Of a stretch of DNA of 64,000 nt, positions 1 to 9,806 are shown one piece after another. Position 1 is the stretch's first letter, and every line of letters starts with the position of its first letter. The notes below the pieces were generated by a model. The model saw only the letters and a program-made list of their open reading frames with translations, did no database searches and was not told where the DNA came from. Both the position numbers and the translations under genes were made by a program. This DNA comes from Methanobacteriota archaeon (GTDB taxonomy: Archaea; Halobacteriota; Bog-38; Methanoflorentales; Methanoflorentaceae), in contig CAVRAO010000011.1 in NCBI GenBank assembly GCA_963719035.1, positions 1-64,000 on the forward strand, in the 5' to 3' direction.

Positions 1-1677
1 TCAACGGATATTCTTAGCAAGACCCTCGGTGAGCCGTTGCAACGCTGGCGAGCTGTCGCTTGGATCGAGCTGAACGTCAATAATCGTAAACCCTTCCGTA
101 TAGGTCTGGGCTGCCTTGAGCGCGTTTTCCAGCTCATCCTCGGTCGTGACCACGACGCCCCTCCCTCCGCCAACGATGTCCGGAATGAGGCTGTATTGCC
201 ATAGTTGCAGATCGTTAAACGGCCCATCCTGCAGCGGCCGTTCCGTTGCATATCCAAAGTTGTTGAGCACTACTATCACGGGGTTCAAGCCGAGTCGCGC
301 CGTAGTTGAGGTCTCGATTCCGGTCATCTGGAAGGCCCCATCACCGACCAACACTAACGGACGCAGATTAGGATCTGCAAGTTGCGCTCCAATGCTCGCC
401 GGCACCGCAAACCCGAGCGAGAGGTAATACGCAGGCGCGAGGAATTCAGTTCTGCAGTGCGTAATGAGGTCAAGCCCCCCAAACAGTGCGTCGCCAACGT
501 CTGCTATGACGACTGTATTGTCCTCGAGCGCCCAGTTGAGCCGTTCAAACAACCTTTTAACGGTAATCCGTTGTCCCTGTTGAGTCACAAACGGCTTTCT
601 TGTCCGTGGGCGAGGTAAATCGCGGAGGGCTCGCCGGGTGATGGGCGCACCGATCAACCCGTCGAGGAAGTCATGTAAGCGGACGCACGCGTAGTTGTGG
701 TACTTGATCAAGCACTGTTCGCTTGTGATGTAGATTGCCTTTTCCTGATCGATGTGAGCCGTGTATAGCCCTAAGTTGACGTCCGTCATGAACGCGCCAA
801 GCAGAATCAGACAATCGCTCGATTCGACATAATCGCGGACCGATGCAAAGCCCATAGCCCCTTCATAGATGCCTATGTATAGTGGGTGGTACTCACCGAC
901 GACCGACTTAGCGAGAATTGTTGCTGCGACCGGTATGTGCGCTTTATCGACAAATGCAACGAGTTTATCCTGCAGTCCAAAGCGGTGCAGCTCAATACCC
1001 GCAATTATCACAGGCTGCTCCGCCGCATTGATCATCTTCACTGCCTCGTCGACGGCGCTTGACAAAGCGTCTGGATCGCTCGCGGCCTCAGCTTGCGTTA
1101 AACGAGACGGATGGAGCAGCTCAACAGGCGCGAACGTGATATCGCGGGGTAGCTCAATGTATACCGGTCGGCTAACGCGGAGCGCTTCTGACAACACGCG
1201 GTCAATCTCGCCACACGCTGTGCTTGGGTTGTCAAGGACCGTCGATGCAACGGTGACTTCCGCAAAGACCTTTCGCTGCGTATCAAAGGCCTTCACCTTG
1301 TGGTGGAGGAGCGGGTTGCCAACACGTTCTTTGAACCCCGGCGCTCCGGCGATAACTACCAGCGGGGATTTTTCCGCATACGCCTGTGCTGCGGCATTCA
1401 CGACCTTGAGACCGCCAACCGAGTAGGTGACGCATACGACGCCTATTCCGCGGATGCGCGCGTAAGCGTCGGCGGCGTAGCCCGCGTTCAGTTCGTCGCA
1501 CGTCGTGACAAGGTTGAGTTGACTGTCGCTCAGCTGCTTGAAAAAGCCCAGCACGTAATCGCCTGGCACGCCAAAGACGTGCGAAACACCTAATGATTGA
1601 AGTCGCTCGATAAGATACGCTCCAACGTTGTTTGGACGATCAGACGTCGCCAATTCAGAAGCATTGTTATCTTCCAT
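1..1677 (-). CDS. ThDP-dependent alpha-keto acid decarboxylase (indolepyruvate/pyruvate decarboxylase family)
   Basis: FGVPGDY, ELNAGYAADAYAR and the ThDP motif GDGAFQMT...NN. Start moved to ATG 1677 behind GGAGG. Confidence 0.9.
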   Translation of the reverse strand: MEDNNASELATSDRPNNVGAYLIERLQSLGVSHVFGVPGDYVLGFFKQLSDSQLNLVTTCDELNAGYAADAYARIRGIGVVCVTYSVGGLKVVNAAAQAYAEKSPLVVIAGAPGFKERVGNPLLHHKVKAFDTQRKVFAEVTVASTVLDNPSTACGEIDRVLSEALRVSRPVYIELPRDITFAPVELLHPSRLTQAEAASDPDALSSAVDEAVKMINAAEQPVIIAGIELHRFGLQDKLVAFVDKAHIPVAATILAKSVVGEYHPLYIGIYEGAMGFASVRDYVESSDCLILLGAFMTDVNLGLYTAHIDQEKAIYITSEQCLIKYHNYACVRLHDFLDGLIGAPITRRALRDLPRPRTRKPFVTQQGQRITVKRLFERLNWALEDNTVVIADVGDALFGGLDLITHCRTEFLAPAYYLSLGFAVPASIGAQLADPNLRPLVLVGDGAFQMTGIETSTTARLGLNPVIVVLNNFGYATERPLQDGPFNDLQLWQYSLIPDIVGGGRGVVVTTEDELENALKAAQTYTEGFTIIDVQLDPSDSSPALQRLTEGLAKNIR

Positions 1678-1993
1678 ATCGCCCCTCCATATCCACGCTG
1701 ACACTGCACCAAGCGCTTAGTATAGCGTTCTTAGTCGGGAAGTGCCGTCTAGGCATAACAACATCATCATCCGCTCGTACTATTATTTATATCCAGTATA
1801 CCTCGCTCAAAGTCACTCCACAGACCGATCCGATCGACTGCTGATCAGATGATCGCCGTCTCAAATGGGAACTGGTGCTCCGTCCGACTACTTGCGTGCT
1901 CGGGGACGAAGGATGTGTGCGCTGGAATGTTCATTTATAAAGCTGCGCGCAGCGCACAATATATTTAAACAAATACGTTTCAATTCGGCATCA

Positions 1994-2621
1994 ATGCTAA
2001 AAAATGACCTTCTTACGGCATTTAAAACCACTGTGGTCTTTTTAGTATTGTGCGGATTGGTTTTCCCGCTCCTCCTTTTTGGGATCGCGCAAATTGTAGA
2101 CAAGCCGGCTGCTGAGGGAAGCGTGCTGACTCAAAACGGCACCGCCGTTGGCTCGAGCTTAGTCGGGCAATCGTTTAGCGACCCAATACACTTTCAATCA
2201 AGGCCGGCAAACGTGTCCAATTGGGGGCCAAATAACCCAGCTCTCGTCACGAACGTCAGTCAGCGGGTTGCCTATCAGAAGGGTACTCAACCCGACCATT
2301 GACCTCGTACCGATCGACTTAGTCACCCAGTCCGGATCGGGAGCTGATCCCAACATCTCACCGGAAAGCGCCCTTTTACAAGTGCCTCGCATAGCTAACT
2401 TGACAGGCATCTCGCAAGAGGTGCTCGTGAGGCTGGTCAACCAAAACACAATGGAGCCCTTTGTCGGCGTCTTTGGAGCGCCCCGGGTGAATGTCCTTCA
2501 GCTTAACATTGCACTAAATAGTTTGTTGAGCCCTCCAGCGTTAAGAGCCGCTGAGGCAAATTCTACAGCCCTTAGCGCGGCGGTGCTGAACGCAATGGCA
2601 GCAAACTCAACGGCCAAATAA
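1994..2621 (+). pseudogene. kdpC: K+-transporting ATPase subunit C, one frameshift near 2281 (probably a sequencing error)
   Basis: N-terminal TM, GSSLVGQSF..FQSRP in one frame and VPIDLVTQSGSGADPNISP..RVNVLQLN in the next. Removing one G from AAGGGTA joins them. Confidence 0.85.
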
Positions 2622-2734
2622 CACGTGAGCAGATGGCCGGGAGTGAGGAGTTAGACGCGTGAGGGCGAGCTTAGGCGTGGCGTAATAAGCACACAAAGCT
2701 ATGTCGGTTCAGTTTGAAAGTAACAGTTTCTAGG

Positions 2735-3403
2735 CTACTTCGGGGAGCCGAGCGCTTTTGATAGTTGCGGTTCGCCGGTGGCCGACGTAATCGCCAAGAT
2801 TTCGTCACCGGTTGCTAGAACAGTCGAGCCTTTGGGGAGCAGGAAATCGTTGCCGCGGATTATGCTTACAAACATGACGTCCGCCGGCAGCGACAGGTCC
2901 TTGATTTCCTTCCCGACTCCTGGACTGTTAGGTTCTATCTTCAATTCTACCAGGGACACGTCACCCTTCTTTAGTTTAAGGAGAGTGACTATATCACCGA
3001 GAGCTATCTCTTCCTGGAGGATTTTGGCGATCATATGGGTATTAGAAAGTGCGATATCTACGCCGAACGATTCACGGAACAGCCACTCGTTCTTCGGATT
3101 ATTAATGCGGGCAATTGTGTGCGGCACCTCGTATTCATGCTTGGAGAGCATGCATACTACGATATTGTCTTCGTCGTGCCCGGTCGCCGCGACAACCGCA
3201 TCGGCCTTAAGCACGCGCGCCTCATCCAGGATATACGGTTCACAGCCATCACCTTTGACGATATTCAAGTCAGGCTGGTCTTCAAGAATCTTGGCGACCT
3301 GTTCCTTCCTTTCCTCAACCAATGTGACCTCATATCTGCTTTCCTTCAGCATGCGGGCCAGGTATGAACCGACTTTCCCCCCGCCGACTATGACTACATA
3401 CAT
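2735..3403 (-). CDS. trkA: TrkA-family K+ uptake regulatory protein (RCK_N + RCK_C)
   Basis: VIVGGGKVG Rossmann motif, ATGHDEDN, IARINNP, C-terminal TrkA-C domain. Confidence 0.9.
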   Translation of the reverse strand: MYVVIVGGGKVGSYLARMLKESRYEVTLVEERKEQVAKILEDQPDLNIVKGDGCEPYILDEARVLKADAVVAATGHDEDNIVVCMLSKHEYEVPHTIARINNPKNEWLFRESFGVDIALSNTHMIAKILQEEIALGDIVTLLKLKKGDVSLVELKIEPNSPGVGKEIKDLSLPADVMFVSIIRGNDFLLPKGSTVLATGDEILAITSATGEPQLSKALGSPK

Positions 3404-3425
3404 ATATCCTCCTTATCCCCTTCAT

Positions 3426-4073
3426 CTACGGGGTGAGCATCCTCTTTAGTTTCGGCATGGACGTTGTCAAGACAGCGATCTCGGCGACATCATATTCCTT
3501 AAAAGCGTCCGCCGAGCTTGGAATAAAAGCCTTGCCGCCGCGGATAATCGCGATTACCGAGATTTCTCCCGGGACAGAAAGGTCATTCAGCGTCCTTCCG
3601 ATAAGCCGGGGTGGAATCGCAGCTTTGGTGATTTGCACCTCTCCGTCTCCCAACGAAATGTCTCTAACTATACTTGTATACGTGAGTAGTGTCAGAATCT
3701 CATTGGCCGCCCAAGTGACGGTGGACACGGTCTGTATGCCGAACTTACGGTATATCTCCGCCCGGCGCGGGTCATAGATCCTCGCGACGATCTTGGGCAC
3801 GCGAAAAACGTCCTTGGCAATTGTCGCCGACACGACATTGGAGTTGTCGCCGCTGGTTACCGACAGAAACGCGTCAGCGCGTTCGATGCCGGCCTTCTTT
3901 AACGCGTCGCCGTCGAAGGCCATTCCCTTTATGGTCTGGCCCTTAAAATTTTTTCCCAGGCTTTCAAAAGCCTCCGTATTCTTGTCGATGACGCTAATTT
4001 CGTGTCCCTCTAAGGACAATTTAGTCGCAATCGTCGCTCCTACCCGGCCGCATCCGGCGATGATTATTTTCAT
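3426..4073 (-). CDS. trkA: TrkA-family K+ uptake regulatory protein
   Basis: IIAGCGRVG, VTSGDNSN, VARIYDPRRAEIY. Confidence 0.9.
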   Translation of the reverse strand: MKIIIAGCGRVGATIATKLSLEGHEISVIDKNTEAFESLGKNFKGQTIKGMAFDGDALKKAGIERADAFLSVTSGDNSNVVSATIAKDVFRVPKIVARIYDPRRAEIYRKFGIQTVSTVTWAANEILTLLTYTSIVRDISLGDGEVQITKAAIPPRLIGRTLNDLSVPGEISVIAIIRGGKAFIPSSADAFKEYDVAEIAVLTTSMPKLKRMLTP

Positions 4074-4089
4074 AGGTCACCCCTTTATC

Positions 4090-6894
4090 TTATGACGCTA
4101 GTATACCCGATTGTACTTGGCGTCTTAACTTTCTTCTTACGAAATATTTCCGTATTTCATCGGCAATTAATAAAGTCGGAATCAAGGCGATCAAAAAAGC
4201 CCAATCGATTGGCCCTAACGGACCCATATTGAATACGTTTTGGAGAAACGGAACATAAGTGAGCGCGACTACAGCAACACATTCTGCAAGGATCCCCCAC
4301 AATAGAAGCCTATTACTGAAAAAGCCCACTTTGAATATCGACTCCATGTTTGTGCGTTGGGCGAAACCATTGCCGATTTGAGTTGTTACGATTGCGTTGT
4401 GTGTCATCGTGGTTGCTAGTACGTAAACTAGCCCTGTGGCTGCCATTTCCATGCCCGGTCGCCATCCGTTTATAAGGTACATGAAATAGAATGCCGACAT
4501 AGCCGCTGCCGCTTGAATCGGACCTAAAAAGAGGTATGCCTTAGATAATGTTCTACGGTTCAACAGCCGTTCGTGCCGGTCGCGCGGTTTTCTTTGCATG
4601 ACATCCGGTTCGGGAGCTTCTGCCCCCAAAGCCAGTGCTGGTAACATATCTGTTCCCAAATCAATCGCCAAAATCTGCATAATGGTCAGCGGCAGGGGAA
4701 TCTTAAATATTACGAACAGAATAAACGGAACGAGTTCGGGAAAATTACTCGTGAATATATAGACTACGAATCGCCTGATATTATCATAGACAGCCCGGCC
4801 TTCTTCGATTGCGTTAACGATGCTGGCAAAGTTGTCGTCAGTCAAAATCATTTCGGCTGCTTCCTTGGCGACATCAGTTCCTGTTATCCCCATGGCCACG
4901 CCTATGTCGGCCATCTTAAGAGCAGGGGCGTCGTTGACGCCGTCCCCAGTCATAGCTACGACATGGCCCATTTCCTTAAGGGCTTTGGCTATCTTCATCT
5001 TGTGTTCCGGAGACACTCGGGCAAATAGGATATCCGGCTTGCCGAGCTCTTTCTCCAAAGCTTCGATACTCATTTCATCCAGTTCGGCGCCGGTGATGAT
5101 CCTTACGTTATCGCCTTTTACAATTCCGATCCTTCGGGCAATAGATTCAGCAGTCAATCCATAGTCACCGGTGACCATGACGATTTTTATCCCCGCCGTA
5201 GCGCATGCTTCGACCGCCGTGGCCACTTCCTCGCGCGGTGGATCCATCATGGCAATCAACCCCGCGAAGATCAGGTTTTTCTCAACAGTTTCAGCCGTAT
5301 AATTTTTTTCTTCCCGGGCTATGTTCCGATAGGCCATAGCTAACACGCGCAATCCGTTACGCGCGAATTCGTCGTTCTTTTCCATGATGGCTATTCGCTG
5401 CTTGTCGTCCAACTGCTTTATATCGCCCGCACGCCAAATCGAGTCGCATAAGCCTAGGACTTCTTTGGGGGCGCCTTTGATAAACGCAACCTTATTGTTC
5501 TTTTCAATGTGAATAGTCGACATCATTTTACGCACAGAATCGAACGGCAACGCATAAACACGCTTGGATCGCGACAACTCATCATCGTAGTCAAAGCCGG
5601 CTTTTCTGGCGGTCGTCAGGAGAGCACCTTCAGTCGGGTCGCCCAGGATAGTCCATTTATCAACGTCGTCACCTGGCGGGAGAAGCCTAGCATTGTTGCA
5701 GAATGATGCGATCTTTACCAGGATTTCCAGTGATCGCAGCTCGTTTGCATCAAGTTCTATTTCATTAAGCAGGTAGCCGCCCGCGGGATTGTAGCCGACG
5801 CCTGTCGCATCGTACGTATTACCGTCGAACCATAGTTCCTTTACCGTCATCTCGTTCTGAGTTAAAGTCCCTGTTTTATCGGTGCATATAACTGTTGTAC
5901 TTCCCAGCGTTTCGACCGAGGAGAGCTTCTTAATAAGGGCTCCGCGCTTGGCCATACGCTGGACACCCATGGCCAACCCGAGCGACACAGTCGGCAACAA
6001 GCCCTCGGGCATCAAAGCGACGATAATACCGATAGCGAACAAGAATCCCGTGTTCAGCGGCATGCCTGCGACAAAGGAACCTAAGAAAAAAAACGTCAAT
6101 CCTATGGAAATAGCCAGAATAGCGACCACTTTCGTGACGTTCTTCATCTCTTTTTGTAGCGGACTTTCCTCTTCCCTTACGTCCTGGGTCATCTTGGCGA
6201 TCTTGCCAAACTCGGTCTTCATCCCCGTAGCGAAGATGACTGCCTTACCCGATCCGTAAGCGACGCTTGTGCCAGCAAAGACCAGGTTCGGCATTTCCGT
6301 GCGCGTCAGCGTGGGGTTATCGACTGCGGCAGAGGTTTTTCGCACCGGTTCAGACTCGCCTGTAAGGGTCGCGTTGTTGGTTCTTAGGTCGAACTCCTCA
6401 TACAGTCTGGCGTCGGCCGATATACTGTCGCCTTCCTGGAGGAAGAGCACGTCGCCTGGAACTAGTTGGGATGCTTCAACCTCAATTGTGTCGCCGTTTC
6501 GGACAATTCTCGCTCGCCTCGGCATTAGTTTCTTTAACGCTTCGGTGGCTTTTTCCGCTTTATACTCCTGCCAGAAGCTGAAGATGGCGTTGATTAATAT
6601 GACGGCAAATATTGCCCAACCAAGTTCTGGAAAACCCGCCAGGAAGGCCATGCCTCCGCCGATCCATAGCAGAATAGCGAACAAGTGGTAAAAGTTCTCA
6701 AGGAACTTGAAAATGAGCGGCCGTTGCTTAAGTGTAATAAGCTCATTAGCTCCGAAAGATGCTAAGCGACTTTGTGCCTCTGCGGTGGACAAGCCGCGTT
6801 CGCTGCTTGCAAGGGCTGTAAGAACATCATCCTTAGCCAGAGATGGTATTGATTGAATAACTTTGTCTTCCAATAAAAATCCGTCGTGATTCAT
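4090..6894 (-). CDS. Cation-transporting P-type ATPase, type IIC (Na+/K+, H+/K+)-like
   Basis: TGES, PEGL, DKTGTLT and TGDGVND motifs. TM5 TSNFPE and TM6 IDLGTD resemble the Na,K-ATPase TSNIPE and IDLGTD. Confidence 0.9.
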   Translation of the reverse strand: MNHDGFLLEDKVIQSIPSLAKDDVLTALASSERGLSTAEAQSRLASFGANELITLKQRPLIFKFLENFYHLFAILLWIGGGMAFLAGFPELGWAIFAVILINAIFSFWQEYKAEKATEALKKLMPRRARIVRNGDTIEVEASQLVPGDVLFLQEGDSISADARLYEEFDLRTNNATLTGESEPVRKTSAAVDNPTLTRTEMPNLVFAGTSVAYGSGKAVIFATGMKTEFGKIAKMTQDVREEESPLQKEMKNVTKVVAILAISIGLTFFFLGSFVAGMPLNTGFLFAIGIIVALMPEGLLPTVSLGLAMGVQRMAKRGALIKKLSSVETLGSTTVICTDKTGTLTQNEMTVKELWFDGNTYDATGVGYNPAGGYLLNEIELDANELRSLEILVKIASFCNNARLLPPGDDVDKWTILGDPTEGALLTTARKAGFDYDDELSRSKRVYALPFDSVRKMMSTIHIEKNNKVAFIKGAPKEVLGLCDSIWRAGDIKQLDDKQRIAIMEKNDEFARNGLRVLAMAYRNIAREEKNYTAETVEKNLIFAGLIAMMDPPREEVATAVEACATAGIKIVMVTGDYGLTAESIARRIGIVKGDNVRIITGAELDEMSIEALEKELGKPDILFARVSPEHKMKIAKALKEMGHVVAMTGDGVNDAPALKMADIGVAMGITGTDVAKEAAEMILTDDNFASIVNAIEEGRAVYDNIRRFVVYIFTSNFPELVPFILFVIFKIPLPLTIMQILAIDLGTDMLPALALGAEAPEPDVMQRKPRDRHERLLNRRTLSKAYLFLGPIQAAAAMSAFYFMYLINGWRPGMEMAATGLVYVLATTMTHNAIVTTQIGNGFAQRTNMESIFKVGFFSNRLLLWGILAECVAVVALTYVPFLQNVFNMGPLGPIDWAFLIALIPTLLIADEIRKYFVRRKLRRQVQSGILAS

Positions 6895-6916
6895 AGAGAG
6901 ATTGTACCTTGAGCGC

Positions 6917-7687
6917 CTATGCCCGGACGACGAAGATATTTCGTGTTGTCTGCTCGATGACCTTGTCTACGACGGTGCCAAAAATGACACTTGCCCCGCG
7001 AGATCGCTCAGATGCGCCCATAATTATGATGTCATAGTCTGCAGCCACTGTGGTGATCGTTTCAGCGACCGGGCCCGAACGGATGTCGATGTCGACATCG
7101 TCGTATGCGGAGGCAAGCCGCTGCAAATCAGCCTTAGTATCACTCTTATCCTCCTCGGTAATATGAAGTAACGTGATGTGTCCCTGCGCGCCTTCAGCAA
7201 GGGTTCTCGCCACGTTTAACGCTGCAAGAGAGTGCTTAAATCCTGCTGAGGGCACTAAAATCCGCTTAAACGTGCTTTCGTACTTGAGGTTTGATAGTAT
7301 TACATCACATGGGGCCTCGTTCATCAGCGGGTAGATAATGTCACCGTATCTGATCTTATAGAGGGTTGATTGAAGGCTGTAGCCGAGGAGGGCCAGGTCT
7401 ACCTGGTGTGTCGCTATCTGGGTGAGGATCGCATCGCGAATCGACGAAGCGAGTATGACTTCGGGCACGATCTCGATATCGTCCGACTGTCCTAATTGCA
7501 TCAGGCGGATCACGAGATTAGTTTTGTCGCTGATAACTCTTCGCTCGATTGGGATAGTCCTCGCTCGTCCCGACGACACTTAACAACACAACTGTGCCGC
7601 TGAGGATCGAGCAGTCGCAAGGCTGCCTTAAGCGAATATTCGGCGTTTACTCGGATTTGAAACCGGCAACAAAATACGTTTATACAT
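6917..7687 (-). pseudogene. Tandem universal stress protein (USP) with about 3 frameshifts in the 5' part
   Basis: MYKRILLPVSNP from ATG 7687, second domain FKRILVPSAG, and IIMGAS..VIFGTVVDKVI signature. The frames shift between about 7655 and 7530. Confidence 0.75.
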
Positions 7688-7993
7688 CGCTTAGCAACTC
7701 AGCTCATAAATGCTCACTTAATTTGAAAGTTCTACCGTATATAAGTACTGGTTTTTCAGGTAAGAAGTAACAGTGCGCTTTTTAATTTTTTTAGGGACCG
7801 GTCTTTTGCCCATCTTTTGGATGGTCCATGAGAACACGACATAATCTTATTAGACTTTACAGTTGGCTTAGACGGCTCACACCTCGATGCGTGTTTAATG
7901 CTGCGAAGTTCCTCATCATTCCCTTTGATCGTTTGCCTTGAAAGACGTGAAATGCGTGATCATTTTATAGGACGATATCTATATAGGCGTTCA

Positions 7994-8083
7994 ATGGATG
8001 CCGTTTATTTAGCATTCGTGATTATTTCGATCGTGTTGCTCATGTACCTTACGTACGTGATACTGTATCCAGAAAGGTTCTAG
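7994..8083 (+). CDS. kdpF: K+-transporting ATPase subunit F (29 aa)
   Basis: Single-TM peptide ending YLTYVILYPERF (KdpF signature), directly upstream of kdpA. Confidence 0.85.
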   Translation: MDAVYLAFVIISIVLLMYLTYVILYPERF

Positions 8084-8091
8084 TGATGTAA

Positions 8092-9794
8092 GTGGATTCG
8101 CTGGGGATTATTCAAGCTGCAGTGATAATAGTGATAGTGCTGCTCCTCACCCGTCCCGTAGGAGGGTACCTTGTCTCCGTTTTCTTTAAGCAGCGCAGTC
8201 AGATTCGATGCGCTGTTTGGGCCGTTGGAGCGCGGCTTATTTCGGATACTCGGCGTTAATCCGACCGAAAACATGAGCGTGAAGCGCTACATCCTCAACC
8301 TTTTGCTGCTCAACTGCCTGATGGCTATTGTCAGTTCTAGTGATATCTGGTGAACCAAGCGTCTCTCCCGCTTAACCCAAACGGCGCGCCAAACATGGCG
8401 ATCGACCAAGCGTTTAACACTGCCTCAAGCTTTATCACGAATACCAATTGGCAGAGCTATGCCGGCGAAACACAATTGTCCTATTTCAGCCAAATGGCCT
8501 GCATTACGTTTCTAATGTTCACCTCAGCAGCCACAGGACTGGCTGCTGGTGCTGCATTCATCAGAGGGTTTGCGAGCAGGGACAAACGACCTGGGTTTCG
8601 GCAAATATCGGGAATGGGCAACTTCTACTTTGATTTCGTTCGTTCAATAACGCGCGTGCTAATACCGCTTGCTTTCGATTGTCTCACTTATCTTGGTGGC
8701 GCAAGGGGTTCCACAAACGCTTAGTGGGCCCCAAGACGTACAAAACGGTGGAGGGGGTCAGCGACACCCTGTATCGCGGGCCCGTTGCGTCGCTTGAATC
8801 AATCAAGCATCTCGGGACGAACGGCGGGGGGTTTTACGGGCAGAATTCAGCCTTTCCATATGAGAACCCCACACCTGTGACGAACGTGGTTGAAAAGTTT
8901 GTATGCTGCTGTTGCCGATTTCATTAATTTACGCGTTTGGCGTCCTTGTAGGCAACAGCAGGGAGGCGTGGGTTCTCATCGGAGCGCTCTTACTCATATT
9001 CGTCGTGATGCTTAGCGTCGGACTCGCTGCGGAGTCTTCAAACCAGGCGCTTTCGAACTTTGCTGTAAACCAGTCGAGCGGGAACCTCGAGGGAAAGGAG
9101 ATTCGTTTTGGCGTCGGCGGGTCTGATGATATTCACCGTAACAACAACTTCTACAGGGACGGGATCAGTGAACAGCATGTTAGACAGTTATACAGCCATC
9201 GGCGGATTAGTTCCGCTGAGTTTGCTCATGCTTAGCTCTCTTTTGCAGGCGAAGGGTCTGGGCTGTTGCGTATTCTGATTAACGTGATACTCGCCGTGTT
9301 TATTGCAGGCCTCATGGTGGGTCGCACGCCTGCAGTACCTTGGTCGGAAGATCGAGTCTAAAGAGGTGAAGCTCACACTCCTCGCGTTTCTCGTTCATCC
9401 GGTCTTGATTCTCATCTTTACCGCAGCGGGAGTCGTCTTCGCAGCAAGCTCAATGGGCAACCCAGGATTTCATGGCTTCACGGAGATGCTCTACGCGTAT
9501 GCTTCGGCCGCGGCAAACAACGGATCAGCGTTTGCCGGTTTGCAAGCAAATACGCCTTTTTTAAACTACACTCTAGGGCTCACGATGCTGCTCGGCCGGT
9601 ACATCATTTTCGCGCTCATGCTCCTCGTTTCAAACTCTTTCATGCAAAAGAAGATCACGCCGTATGATGTTGGGACGTTTCGCACCGACAAGTGGATTTT
9701 TGGTCTTATCTTGATCGGCGTTATTGTGATCCTCGGCGCGCTTACGTTTTTCCCGGTGCTCGTGCTCGGACCATTAGGAGAGGCACTAATATGA
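8092..9794 (+). pseudogene. kdpA: K+-transporting ATPase subunit A, split by several frameshifts
   Basis: Successive fragments carry [45 protein letters not shown] and SAAANNGSAF. GTG start at 8092 (VDSLGIIQ...RPVGGYL). Confidence 0.85.
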
Positions 9795-9806
9795 GGAGGG
9801 AATATC

